This document shows, one piece after another, positions 42,729 through 53,088 of a stretch of 64,000 nucleotides of DNA. Location of the stretch: assembly GCA_963555825.3 (NCBI GenBank), contig CAUVXB020000002.1, positions 1,344,001-1,408,000 on the forward strand, written 5' to 3'. Origin of the DNA: Alphaproteobacteria bacterium (lineage in GTDB: Bacteria; Pseudomonadota; Alphaproteobacteria; JAAXGF01). The translations under genes and the position numbers were made by a program. Position 1 is the stretch's first letter. Each line of letters begins with the position of its first letter. The notes beneath the pieces were generated by a model. The model did not search any database and was not told where the DNA came from. It saw nothing but the letters and a program-made list of their open reading frames with translations.

Positions 42729-42971
42729 CTATGTCGCCCGGGCGCCCGACGCCCGGGCCCGGCCGCGACGGGTCTGGCGCCGGGCCGGCAGACCGATCGC
42801 CTGGCGCCGTTCGTGCAACCGCTCGAGCACCGCGCGCTTGCCATCGTAGTCGAGCGACGACCAGCCGGCGATTTCGTCGGTGGTGCGCAGGCAGCCCTGG
42901 CACCAGCCGTTCACCGGGTCCAGCGTGCAGACGCTGACACAGGGCGACACCAAATCGAACCGATCACTCAT
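42729..42971 (-). CDS. DUF1289-type small Cys-rich protein
   Basis: SPCVSVC...CQGCLRTTDEIAGW. Confidence 0.85.
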   Translation of the reverse strand: MSDRFDLVSPCVSVCTLDPVNGWCQGCLRTTDEIAGWSSLDYDGKRAVLERLHERRQAIGLPARRQTRRGRARASGARAT

Positions 42972-43041
42972 GTACCACCCCGTGACGAACCCACCGCAAA
43001 GGTAACGCCGGCGGCGTGGATGTAAAGCGCCGAAAACATTG

Positions 43042-43854
43042 CTAACCCTTGGTATGACCTTGGCGCGCCGCGATCAGCGTCTCGGCGAACTCGGCGAAGC
43101 CGTGGCCGCCGCGTCGGCGCGTCACCCAGGCGGGCTCGGCGTCGAGGCGGCCCGCGAAATCGGCGACGTTGGCGACGCCGACCGCGTCGGGAAAGTAGGC
43201 GAACATCGGCGCGTCGTTGGGCGAATCGCCGACGAAGACGGTCGCCTCGCGCACTGCGTCCAGCGCGACGCCGAATAACTCATCGAACATGCGGCGCGTC
43301 ATCTTGAGCTTGTCGTAATCGCCGAACCAGCCGTTGACGTGGATCGAACTGACCTTGGCATGGGCGCCCGCGGCCCGGAAAATCGCGACGATGCGCGCCA
43401 CTTCGGTCTCGTCGAGCGGCGTGACGTCCTCGCGAAAATCGATCGCCAGGTCGGCCTCGCGGTACGCCTGATCGGCGGCGACGGCCGCGCCGGGCACTTC
43501 GGCGAGAATTTGCGCCTCGATCTCGGCCAGCCGGCGGCGGTCGGCCGCCCGCGCCGCCGCGTCCTGCCAATAGCGCCGGCGCATGGTCCGCGCCGCATCG
43601 TCGTAATGAAAATAAAACGCACCGTTCTCGCCGACCACGCCGTCGACCGGCCACATGCGCGCGATGTGGTCGCACCAGCCCGCCGGGCGACCGGTGACCG
43701 GCACGACGACGAGACCCGCCGCGCGCAATTGCGCCATGGCGGCGAACGCCTCGGCGGGTATGCGGCCGTCGAGCGTCAACGTGTCGTCGATGTCGGTGAG
43801 CAGATAGCGCACGGCGCGGCGGCGGGCGGGCGGGAACGCGCTAATTGGACGCAT
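43042..43854 (-). CDS. HAD-IIB family hydrolase
   Basis: TDIDDT, VTGR, ENGA, GDSPND. Confidence 0.88.
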   Translation of the reverse strand: MRPISAFPPARRRAVRYLLTDIDDTLTLDGRIPAEAFAAMAQLRAAGLVVVPVTGRPAGWCDHIARMWPVDGVVGENGAFYFHYDDAARTMRRRYWQDAAARAADRRRLAEIEAQILAEVPGAAVAADQAYREADLAIDFREDVTPLDETEVARIVAIFRAAGAHAKVSSIHVNGWFGDYDKLKMTRRMFDELFGVALDAVREATVFVGDSPNDAPMFAYFPDAVGVANVADFAGRLDAEPAWVTRRRGGHGFAEFAETLIAARQGHTKG

Positions 43855-43953
43855 GATCAGCGGCAACACGGCACGGTGCACGCCCTGGCATGCGCGGCGC
43901 CCGGCTCCTTCGTCGTCAGCGGATCGACGAGCGGCCGCGTGGCCGCGGTTTCG

Positions 43954-44163
43954 TCACTCGACGAGCGACAGGTTCTCCGCCGAGCTGCGCCCCCGGTCGT
44001 CGGAGACCAGCTCGAATTCGACCTTCTGCCCTTCGCGCAGACCATCCAGCCCCGCGGCCTCGACGGCCGAGATATGCACGAAGGCGTCTTTGTCGCCGTC
44101 ATCCGGCTGGATAAACCCGTAACCCTTGACCCGGTTGAACCATTTCACAGTACCGACAGTCAT
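43954..44163 (-). CDS. cspA: Cold-shock protein
   Basis: GTVKWFN..KGYGFI, FVHISA. Confidence 0.93.
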   Translation of the reverse strand: MTVGTVKWFNRVKGYGFIQPDDGDKDAFVHISAVEAAGLDGLREGQKVEFELVSDDRGRSSAENLSLVE

Positions 44164-44504
44164 CGTTCGAATCTCAGTGCGTATGTTTGTGGTATCCGCG
44201 TGAATAGCACGATCCGCGAGCTCTGGAAACTACTGTCATTGCACAACGCCCCCGCTCATGGATGGGGTTTCAGGGGAAGGTCCTGGACCTTCCCCTGACC
44301 CTGATACCGCCATGGCGGCGTTCGCTTGGGCGGGTGAGGACATGCTCCGCGCATACGCGGCCCTCGGCCACGGTCGCTACGCATCCTCCCCCGTGCCCCC
44401 TCCCGTTCGCTTGGGCAGCATCGCCATTAGTTCGAGGAAGGTCGGGGCCGGGCGCTGGACTTGCTATGATGGCCCGTCGAAAGGGCATCGGGGAGCGCCG
44501 GGTC

Positions 44505-44792
44505 ATGGACGAGGGGCCACGCGTCGAGATCACCTATTGCCGGCAGTGCCGTTGGCTGCTGCGCGCCACATGGACCGCGCAGGAGCTGCTGACCACGTTC
44601 GACGGTGAACTCGCCGAGGTCGCGCTCAGGCCGGGCACCGGGGGCGTCTTCGAGGTCCGCGTCGGCGACGCGCTGCTCTGGTCGCGCGCCGCCGAAGGCC
44701 GCTTTCCGGAGATCAAGGAGCTCAAGCAGCGCCTGCGCGACGTGATCGCCCCGGACAAGCCGCTCGGCCATTCGGACGCACCCGAAAGATGA
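44505..44792 (+). CDS. SelT/SelW/SelH (Rdx) family protein
   Basis: ITYCRQC, AQELL, GGVFEV, FPEIKELK. Confidence 0.88.
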   Translation: MDEGPRVEITYCRQCRWLLRATWTAQELLTTFDGELAEVALRPGTGGVFEVRVGDALLWSRAAEGRFPEIKELKQRLRDVIAPDKPLGHSDAPER

Positions 44793-44813
44793 CGGCTAAA
44801 GACGTACCAATGG

Positions 44814-45767
44814 ATGGGGTTTCAGGGCAAGGTCCGAGACCTTCCCCTGACCCTGACGCCGCCATGGCGGCGTTCGCGGCGGGGGAGAATTCATCCTCCC
44901 CCGCGCCCCCACCTGTCAGTACGGTGGTCCTCGCTGCCCTCGCCGCTCTCGGCGCTATCGATCGCCGCACCGGCGCCGGCCGGCACGCCGGTCGAGCTCG
45001 AGCTGGTCCTGGCGGTCGATGCCTCGAGCAGCGTCGACGACGCCGAGTTCGCGCTGCAGATGCGGGGTATCGCGGCGGCGTTCCGTGACGCAGACGTGCA
45101 GGCGGCGATCGACGGCGCCGGTGGCCGAGGCATCGCCGTCGCCCTGATCCAGTGGTCCGATTTCGTCGGCCAGCGGAAGACGGTCGATTGGACCTTGGTG
45201 CGCGACGCCGCGGGCGCCGCCGCGCTGGCCGACGACATCGCCGCCGCCGGCCGCGCGATCCCGGGCGGCGGCACGGCAATATACGGCGTCGTCAACTTCA
45301 CGCTGCACGAGCTCGACGTCAACGGCTACGACGGGCGGCGCCGGGTGATCGACGTGTCGGGAGACGGCCGCTCCGACCTCCTGGTGCCGACCACCGCGGC
45401 GCGCGACCGTGCGGTCCGCCGCGGCGTCGTGGTCAACGGGCTCGCCATCCTCGACGACGAGCCGATGCTGGACGAATATTACCGTCGCTACGTGATCGGC
45501 GGCCCGGGCGCATTCGTCATGACCGCGGCCGACTACGACGCCTTCGCCGAGGCCATCGCCGCCAAGCTGATCCGCGAAATCGCCGGTCCTCGCGTGGCAA
45601 AAAGACGGCCCGACGACCCGCACATGGATGGGGTCGCAGGGGAAGGACTGAGTCCTTCCCCTGGTTCTGACGCCGCCTTGGCGGCGTTCGCGGTGGGGGA
45701 GGATTCATCCTCCCCCACGCCCCCACCTGTCAGTTCGGTGGACACAAATCCCTATCGAGGTTCGTGA
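44814..45767 (+). CDS. vWA-fold DUF1194-like protein; both ends overlap repeats, start uncertain
   Basis: LVLAVDASSS, GGTAI, IDVSGDG, VIGGPGAF, KLIREIA. Confidence 0.8.
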   Translation: MGFQGKVRDLPLTLTPPWRRSRRGRIHPPPRPHLSVRWSSLPSPLSALSIAAPAPAGTPVELELVLAVDASSSVDDAEFALQMRGIAAAFRDADVQAAIDGAGGRGIAVALIQWSDFVGQRKTVDWTLVRDAAGAAALADDIAAAGRAIPGGGTAIYGVVNFTLHELDVNGYDGRRRVIDVSGDGRSDLLVPTTAARDRAVRRGVVVNGLAILDDEPMLDEYYRRYVIGGPGAFVMTAADYDAFAEAIAAKLIREIAGPRVAKRRPDDPHMDGVAGEGLSPSPGSDAALAAFAVGEDSSSPTPPPVSSVDTNPYRGS

Positions 45768-46179
45768 TCATCGGATCGCGGCACGCTGCCAGATGGATCA
45801 AGGCGTCGTTGGCGTGCATCCGGGCGCGAAAATCGCCCGGCGCCGCGGCGCGGCGCAAGGCCGCCTCGCCATCGGCGCCCAGCAACACCAGAAGCGCGCC
45901 GGCCGCGACCGCGACGGTGCCGCGTTGGTCGGTGAGCATACGTTCGAGGACCGCCGCATCGGCGACACCGATCGCGGGGCGCGCGTCCTTGATCGTGTCG
46001 GCGGTGACCGCCCAGGTGAAGTGGCGGCCGAAATGCAGGTTGTCCTCGACCAGATCGGCGATCACGTCATAACGGCCACCGTGCCGCGGCGCCGTGTCGC
46101 GGGCGATGAACCACGCCAGCCCGCCAAGCGCGATCACGGCAGCAGCGATCCAACAGTATCTCGATGATAAGAACTGCAT
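45730..46179 (-). CDS. Hypothetical membrane-anchored protein
   Basis: N-terminal hydrophobic helix; stop codon lies in repeat copy 3. Confidence 0.5.
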   Translation of the reverse strand: MQFLSSRYCWIAAAVIALGGLAWFIARDTAPRHGGRYDVIADLVEDNLHFGRHFTWAVTADTIKDARPAIGVADAAVLERMLTDQRGTVAVAAGALLVLLGADGEAALRRAAAPGDFRARMHANDALIHLAACRDPMITNLDRDLCPPN

Positions 46180-46308
46180 GATGTGAATGGTACACGGTTG
46201 ACTGGAGACGGCGCACTATTGGATGGGGTCACAGGGGAAGGCCCGAGGCCTTCCCCGGACCCCCACCAAGTGGGGCCGGAGCACCATGATCAATCCAATT
46301 CAAAAATC

Positions 46309-46384
46309 TGGCGTCCCCAGGGGGAGTCGAACCCCCGTTTTCGGCGTGAGAGGCCGATGTCCTAGGCCACTAGACGATGGGGAC
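46309..46384 (-). tRNA. tRNA-Glu (CTC)
   Basis: GTCCCCATCGTCTAGTGGCCTAGGAC...CTCTCAC...GTTCGACTCC...GACGCCA. Confidence 0.96.
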
Positions 46385-46450
46385 GTCGGGCCGGGGCGAA
46401 GTCATATCCCAGGCGGGCGGGCGCGGTCAACCATCGGTTAAAACCAAGCC

Positions 46451-47500
46451 TCAGGCCGCCGCCTCGCCATGGCGCGTCGCGGCGTCGACGAAGGCGGCGA
46501 TCTCCGCCTCGCCGGTGTCGAAAGCGGTGACCAGGCGTATGACGGTCGCGTCCGCCACGCTCTCGGGCCAACGGTAAAACAAGAAGCCATCGGCGATCAG
46601 CGCCTCGATGGTCGCCCCGGGCAGACGAGCGAAAAGCTGGTTGCCGTCGACCGGGTGGGCCAGCCCGGCGCCGGGCACGGCGCCGAGGCCCTGGGCGAGG
46701 CGTTGCGCCATGGCGTTGGCGTGCGCCGCGTTGCGCAGCCACAGCTCGTCTGTCAGATAGGCCTCGAGCTGAGCCGAGACGAAACGCATCTTCGACAAGA
46801 GATGACCCGCGCGCTTGCGCCGGTACGCCATCTCGACGGCGAGTGCGGGCGTGAACACGACGACCGCCTCGGCCGCCCAGGCGCCGTTCTTGGTGGCGCC
46901 GAACGACAGGATGTCGACGCCGGCGCGCCAGGTCATCTCGGCCGGCGTGCAGCCCAGGCCGACCAGCGCATTGGTAAAACGCGCGCCGTCCATGTGCACG
47001 CGCAGCCCATGGCCCCGGGCCACTTCGGCCAACGCAGCGATCTCGTCGACGCGGTATGCGGTACCGCATTCGGTGAGCTGAGCCAGGCTCAATGTTGCGG
47101 GCTGAAACCGGTGGACGTCGCCGGTGCCGTCCGCAGCGAGCACGGCGGCGAGGTCGGCGGCGGCGATCTTGCCGTCCGCCCCTTCGACCGGCACCAGCCT
47201 GGCGCCGCCGGCGTAGAACTCGGGCGCGCCGCATTCGTCGACCAGAATATGTGCCTCGGCGTGGCAATAGACCGCGCCGAAGGGCGGCGTCATGACCGCA
47301 AGCGCGAGCGCGTTGGCCGCCGTGCCGGTGACCACCGGGAAGACCGTGACCTCGTGTTCGAAAATTTCGGCGAAGCGCGCCTCGAGCCGCTTGGTCGCCG
47401 TGTCGTCGCCATAGGAGGTCTCGGTTCCCGTGTTGGCGGCGGCCAGTGCGGCGGCGATCTCGGGCGACGCGCCGTGGGTGTTGTCGCTGCGAAAATCCAT
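46451..47500 (-). CDS. ltaE: Low-specificity L-threonine aldolase
   Basis: FRSDN, GTAAN, HMDGARF, FGATKNG. Confidence 0.88.
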   Translation of the reverse strand: MDFRSDNTHGASPEIAAALAAANTGTETSYGDDTATKRLEARFAEIFEHEVTVFPVVTGTAANALALAVMTPPFGAVYCHAEAHILVDECGAPEFYAGGARLVPVEGADGKIAAADLAAVLAADGTGDVHRFQPATLSLAQLTECGTAYRVDEIAALAEVARGHGLRVHMDGARFTNALVGLGCTPAEMTWRAGVDILSFGATKNGAWAAEAVVVFTPALAVEMAYRRKRAGHLLSKMRFVSAQLEAYLTDELWLRNAAHANAMAQRLAQGLGAVPGAGLAHPVDGNQLFARLPGATIEALIADGFLFYRWPESVADATVIRLVTAFDTGEAEIAAFVDAATRHGEAAA

Positions 47501-47523
47501 AGTGAGAATTCCGAGTTGATTGA

Positions 47524-47847
47524 TTATTGGGAGTCGAATTCGAGCACGCCGAGCGTCGCGCCGGTCCGCCGGTCGACCGTCACGACGCGTTGGCGACCCT
47601 GCGCGTCCTCGACCAGGAACGACAGCGCGTCGCCCTCGCCGGTCATGCCGAGCACCCGCTCGCCAGCGGCGAGCGGTACCGCGACAGTGACGGCACCGTC
47701 TGGCGTGGCGTCGCCCATCGATCCGGCGCGGCGCACGATTTCATACGCCACCATGGTCGCGGCGCCGACGATCAGCACGCCGAGGATGATGACGACGGCC
47801 TTGAGCGCACGGGTGCTTTGGGTCCAGTCTTGGGTCATGACCGCCAA
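47524..47847 (-). CDS. Small membrane-anchored hypothetical protein
   Basis: ALKAVVIILGVLIV helix; divergent from rluD. Confidence 0.6.
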   Translation of the reverse strand: MAVMTQDWTQSTRALKAVVIILGVLIVGAATMVAYEIVRRAGSMGDATPDGAVTVAVPLAAGERVLGMTGEGDALSFLVEDAQGRQRVVTVDRRTGATLGVLEFDSQ

Positions 47848-48820
47848 GGGTGAAGTTCGTTACGTCGTCGACACGGGACCTGGCGACGCCGGCGCGCGGC
47901 TCGACAAGCTGCTCGCCGGCGCGCTGCCCGATCTGTCGCGCAGCCGCATCAAGGCGCTCGTCCTCGCGGGCAGCCTGGTCGCGGGCGGCGAGACCATAAC
48001 CGACCCGTCATACCGGGTCAAACCCGGCCAGCGTTTCGCGCTGACCGTGCCCGAGCCGGTGCCGGCGACGCCCGTGGGCCAGGACATCGCGCTTACCGTG
48101 GTCTACGAGGACGCCGACCTGATCGTCATCGACAAGCCCGCCGGACTGGTCGTCCACCCGGCCGCCGGCAACCACGATCGCACGCTGGTCAACGCGCTGA
48201 TCGCCCATTGCGGCGCGTCGCTCTCGGGCATCGGTGGCGTGCTCCGGCCGGGCATCGTGCACCGGCTCGACAAGGACACCTCGGGACTGATCGTCGCCGC
48301 CAAGAACGACGTCGCCCACACCTCGCTCGCCGCCCAGTTCGCCGACCGCAGCCTGACGCGCGTATACCGCGCGCTGGTCTGGGGCCTGCCGTCGCCGCCG
48401 GTTGGCGAGATCGAGGGCGCCATCGGGCGCTCGCCGCGCAACCGCAAGAAGATGGCGGTGATGACGCGCAGCGGTAAGCCCGCGCTGACCCGCTATCGAC
48501 TGATCGAGGCGTTCGGCGTGGCGGCGAGCCTGGTCGAATGCCGGCTCGCGACCGGCCGCACGCACCAGATCCGCGTCCACATGACGCATCGCGGCCACCC
48601 GGTGATCGGCGATGCGCTCTATGGCCGCGGCGGCCGGCGCACGGCGATGGTCGACGATCGGGTCCAGGGCGCGATCGCCGGCCTCGGCCGTCAGGCGCTT
48701 CACGCCCATTTGATGACGCTCCGCCACCCGAGAAGCGGCCTGGAACTCAGCTTCGAAAGCGAATTACCCGTGGATATCAATGAATTGATCGAGGTTTTCA
48801 GAAACGCGACCCCGATTTGA
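47837..48820 (+). CDS. rluD: RluA/RluD-family pseudouridine synthase
   Basis: S4 domain; DKPAGLVVHP; HRLDKDTSG; TGRTHQIRVH. Confidence 0.92.
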   Translation: MTAKGEVRYVVDTGPGDAGARLDKLLAGALPDLSRSRIKALVLAGSLVAGGETITDPSYRVKPGQRFALTVPEPVPATPVGQDIALTVVYEDADLIVIDKPAGLVVHPAAGNHDRTLVNALIAHCGASLSGIGGVLRPGIVHRLDKDTSGLIVAAKNDVAHTSLAAQFADRSLTRVYRALVWGLPSPPVGEIEGAIGRSPRNRKKMAVMTRSGKPALTRYRLIEAFGVAASLVECRLATGRTHQIRVHMTHRGHPVIGDALYGRGGRRTAMVDDRVQGAIAGLGRQALHAHLMTLRHPRSGLELSFESELPVDINELIEVFRNATPI

Positions 48821-48954
48821 CGGGTTCGGAACAAAGTGTGAATATTCTTGATTTTTCGCGCCCGATGCTTATATATACCCACAAGATTGGAGCAATACCA
48901 ATGAGGCCGAGCGCGTGGGCGCCCGGCCGTGTCGTCTTAAGGGTGTCGGTATTC

Positions 48955-49848
48955 ATGGCTGAAATTACGTTGCCGTCGGTGTCCTCCGAGGGCGGGCTGT
49001 CCCGCTACCTCGCCGAAATCCGTACGTTCCCGATGCTCGAGCGCGACGAGGAGTTCATGCTCGCCAAGCGTTGGCGCGAGGACGGCGATTCGGACGCCGC
49101 GCACCGGCTGGTGACCAGCCATCTGCGCCTGGTCGCCAAGATCGCCATGGGCTATCGCGGCTACGGCCTGCCGATCGGCGAGCTGATCTCGGAAGGCAAC
49201 GTCGGCATGATGCAGGCGGTCAAGCGCTTCGAGCCCGACCGCGGCTTCCGGCTCGCGACCTATGCCATGTGGTGGATCCGCGCGTCGATCCAGGAGTACA
49301 TCCTGCACTCGTGGTCGCTGGTCAAGATCGGCACCACGGCGGCGCAGAAGAAGCTGTTCTTCAACCTGCGCAAGCTCAAGGCCAAGCTGCATGCCTTCGA
49401 CGAGGGTGACATGCACCCCGCGACGGTGGCCGAGATCGCCCAGCAGTTGGGCGTGCCCGAGGTCGAGGTCGTCAACATGGACCGCCGGCTGGCCTCGAAG
49501 GACCACTCTTTGAACGCGCCGATCGGCGGCCTCGACGGCGAAGGCGCCGACTGGCAGGACCTGCTGGTCGACGAGACGGCCGAGGACCAGGAGACTGCGT
49601 TCGCCGCCCGCGAGGAGCTCGCCCAGCGCCGCGCGCTGCTGAGCAACGCGATGGGCGTCTTGAACGACCGCGAGCGCCACATCTTCACCGAGCGCCGCCT
49701 CGAGGACAAACCGAAGACCCTTGAGCAGCTCTCCAAGGTCTACGACATCTCCCGCGAACGCGTCCGCCAGATCGAAGTCCGCGCCTTCGAGAAGGTCGAG
49801 AAGGCGGTCAAGGCGGCGATGGCGGAGCCGACCCCCGCCGAGGCTTAA
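48955..49848 (+). CDS. rpoH: RNA polymerase sigma-32 factor
   Basis: RpoH box QKKLFFNLRK; SRERVRQIE. Confidence 0.96.
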   Translation: MAEITLPSVSSEGGLSRYLAEIRTFPMLERDEEFMLAKRWREDGDSDAAHRLVTSHLRLVAKIAMGYRGYGLPIGELISEGNVGMMQAVKRFEPDRGFRLATYAMWWIRASIQEYILHSWSLVKIGTTAAQKKLFFNLRKLKAKLHAFDEGDMHPATVAEIAQQLGVPEVEVVNMDRRLASKDHSLNAPIGGLDGEGADWQDLLVDETAEDQETAFAAREELAQRRALLSNAMGVLNDRERHIFTERRLEDKPKTLEQLSKVYDISRERVRQIEVRAFEKVEKAVKAAMAEPTPAEA

Positions 49849-49851
49849 CGT

Positions 49852-50584
49852 CAGGGGGCGCGGGGGACGAGTCCCCCGCCCCTTCCAGCCGCTGTCAGGC
49901 GGCCCACTCCCTCGTTCGCGAACACCAATTAAATGTATACTGCTTACGTTTAGTAGTGGCAGCCACCCAATGCGCGCCACCCCATTAAATGTAAGCAGTA
50001 TACATTTTCCGGGACGGGCGACCGCCCGCAGGCGGCGTCGCGGCGTTAGGCGACGGAACGCCCTGCATTCCAGCCCTCGGGCCCGAAGACATGCGGCCCG
50101 AGCGCGGGATCGGCGCTGTAACGCGGCACCAGATGCATATGGAGCTGGTGGTCGTCGACGTCGCCGATGAGCAGCAGGTAGAACCGCTCGACGTCGGTCG
50201 CGGCGCGCGTCTCGGCGGCGAATTTGGACACCAGCGACCCGACGGCGCGCCATTCCTCGGGCGTGACGTCCTCGAGCCGGCCCTTGTGGGCGGTCGTCAT
50301 GACCACCGCGTGGCCGTCGAACTGGGGTGTCGGAAAGGCGACGATCCGCGCCAATCCGGTCTCGTCGGTGGCGAGCGTCGGCGCGGCGCACAAGCGGCAA
50401 TCGGTCATCGGCCCTCTCTCCGCAATTCAACGATAGAATGTATACTGCTTAGGTTATTATCTAGGTTATTATCGGACGCCTAACGAACAGGGGGCGCGGG
50501 GGACGAGTCCCCCGCCCCTTCCAGCCGCCGCCAGGCGGCCCACTACCTCGTCCGCGAACACCAATTAAATATATACTGCTTACG
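49852..50584 (+). repeat. Two direct repeats of about 97 bp (49852-49949, 50488-50584) bracketing the HIT gene
   Basis: CAGGGGGCGCGGGGGACGAGTCCCCCGCCCCTTCCAGCCGC...TATACTGCTTACGT in both. Confidence 0.9.
50046..50408 (-). CDS. HIT family protein
   Basis: CRLC N-terminus; HQLHMHLVPR. Confidence 0.8.
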   Translation of the reverse strand: MTDCRLCAAPTLATDETGLARIVAFPTPQFDGHAVVMTTAHKGRLEDVTPEEWRAVGSLVSKFAAETRAATDVERFYLLLIGDVDDHQLHMHLVPRYSADPALGPHVFGPEGWNAGRSVA

Positions 50585-50607
50585 TATAATAGTCGGCTTA
50601 CGTTTAA

Positions 50608-51900
<1,293 letters not shown>

Positions 51901-51914
51901 CTATCCGTGCCCCA

Positions 51915-53069
51915 TCATTCGTCGAGAGCGACGATAGCGCCGTCCGCAAGGACATGGCTACAGCCTTGGCGGCGCGCCTCCGCCCGGGCGTCGTCGCAGG
52001 GCTCCAGCGCGGCGGCTACGCGCCAGCCCTCGGCGCGCAGCCGGGCGACGTCGACGGCATCGACACCGACCGGCGCGAACAGACGCGATGCCGGCGCCGG
52101 GGCCGGCAAGGCGCGCAGCAGGCTGTCCATGTAAAGCGTGAATCCGGTCGCCGGCTCGCCGTCGCCGTCGTCACCGCCGGCGTGATAGCGTCCGCCGCGC
52201 CCGAGCTCGCCGCGCACGCCGAGGCCGAACACCGTGAAGCTGACACCGGTCTGGTATTCGAAGCCGCGGTGCTCGACCGGATCGACGGTGAGGCCGATGC
52301 CGGACGTGTCGGCGGCAACCAGCGACGCGACCTCGGCCAGGCCGTCGCGCATCGCCGCGGCGGCCGGCGGCAGCTCGAGCGCCGCCAGCGCGGCGAGCGC
52401 CGCCTCGTGCGGCCCGGCGGCGCGCAACATGGCGCCCAGGAGTTCGGCGGCCCGGCCACCGACCGCGGCGACCGCGGCGGCGTCCTTGCGGTCCAACGCG
52501 GCGCGCGCTTCGGCCGTCGCGTCGTCGTCGAGGCCGAGGCCCTCGCAGACCGCGGAAACCAGCGTCGGCAGCGTCAGATCGATACTCAGCCTGCCGGCGC
52601 CGACGGCGGCCAGCGCCCGCGCCGCCAGCAAGATGACCTCGGCGTCGCCACGGGCCGCTTGGCTGCCGATCAGCTCGGCACCGACCTGGACAAACTCGCG
52701 CTCGACGCGCAGCTGGCCGGCGGCGACACACAGCACCTCGCCGGCATAGCTCAAGCGCAGTGGTCGCGGCGCCGTGGCCAGCCGCGTGGCGGCGATGCGC
52801 GCGATTTGCGGCGTGATGTCGGCGCGTACCCCCATCATGCGCTGCGAGGCCGGGTCCATCAGCCGGAAGGTGGCGCCTGCCATCGCCGCGCCGGCGCCGG
52901 CGAACAGGCTCTCCTCGAACTCGACGAGCGGCGGCTTGACGCGCTCGTAGCCATGGGACGCGAAGCTTTCGAGCAGACGCGTGACGACGCCGGCCTCGAA
53001 CTCGGCATCGGGCGGCAGCGCATCGCCGAGGCCCGGCGGCAGCAGCGCGCGGTTGGGGGTCTTGTTCAT
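51915..53069 (-). CDS. hisZ: ATP phosphoribosyltransferase regulatory subunit
   Basis: RADITPQIAR, QVGAELIG, GRGGRY; adjacent to purA. Confidence 0.92.
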   Translation of the reverse strand: MNKTPNRALLPPGLGDALPPDAEFEAGVVTRLLESFASHGYERVKPPLVEFEESLFAGAGAAMAGATFRLMDPASQRMMGVRADITPQIARIAATRLATAPRPLRLSYAGEVLCVAAGQLRVEREFVQVGAELIGSQAARGDAEVILLAARALAAVGAGRLSIDLTLPTLVSAVCEGLGLDDDATAEARAALDRKDAAAVAAVGGRAAELLGAMLRAAGPHEAALAALAALELPPAAAAMRDGLAEVASLVAADTSGIGLTVDPVEHRGFEYQTGVSFTVFGLGVRGELGRGGRYHAGGDDGDGEPATGFTLYMDSLLRALPAPAPASRLFAPVGVDAVDVARLRAEGWRVAAALEPCDDARAEARRQGCSHVLADGAIVALDE

Positions 53070-53088
53070 GACGGGTCCGCTTGATCCT

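Larger units (their letters stand above)
44258..46265 (+). repeat. Dispersed GC-hairpin repeat family, four copies (about 44258-44402, 44810-44920, 45624-45734, 46220-46265)
   Basis: Each starts TGGATGGGGT..CAGGG(G/C)AAGG..CCTTCCCC; copies 2 and 3 are both 111 bp. Confidence 0.85.

Noticed and set aside
44505-44792. Selenoprotein
   Set aside because: The motif is CxxC with no in-frame TGA.
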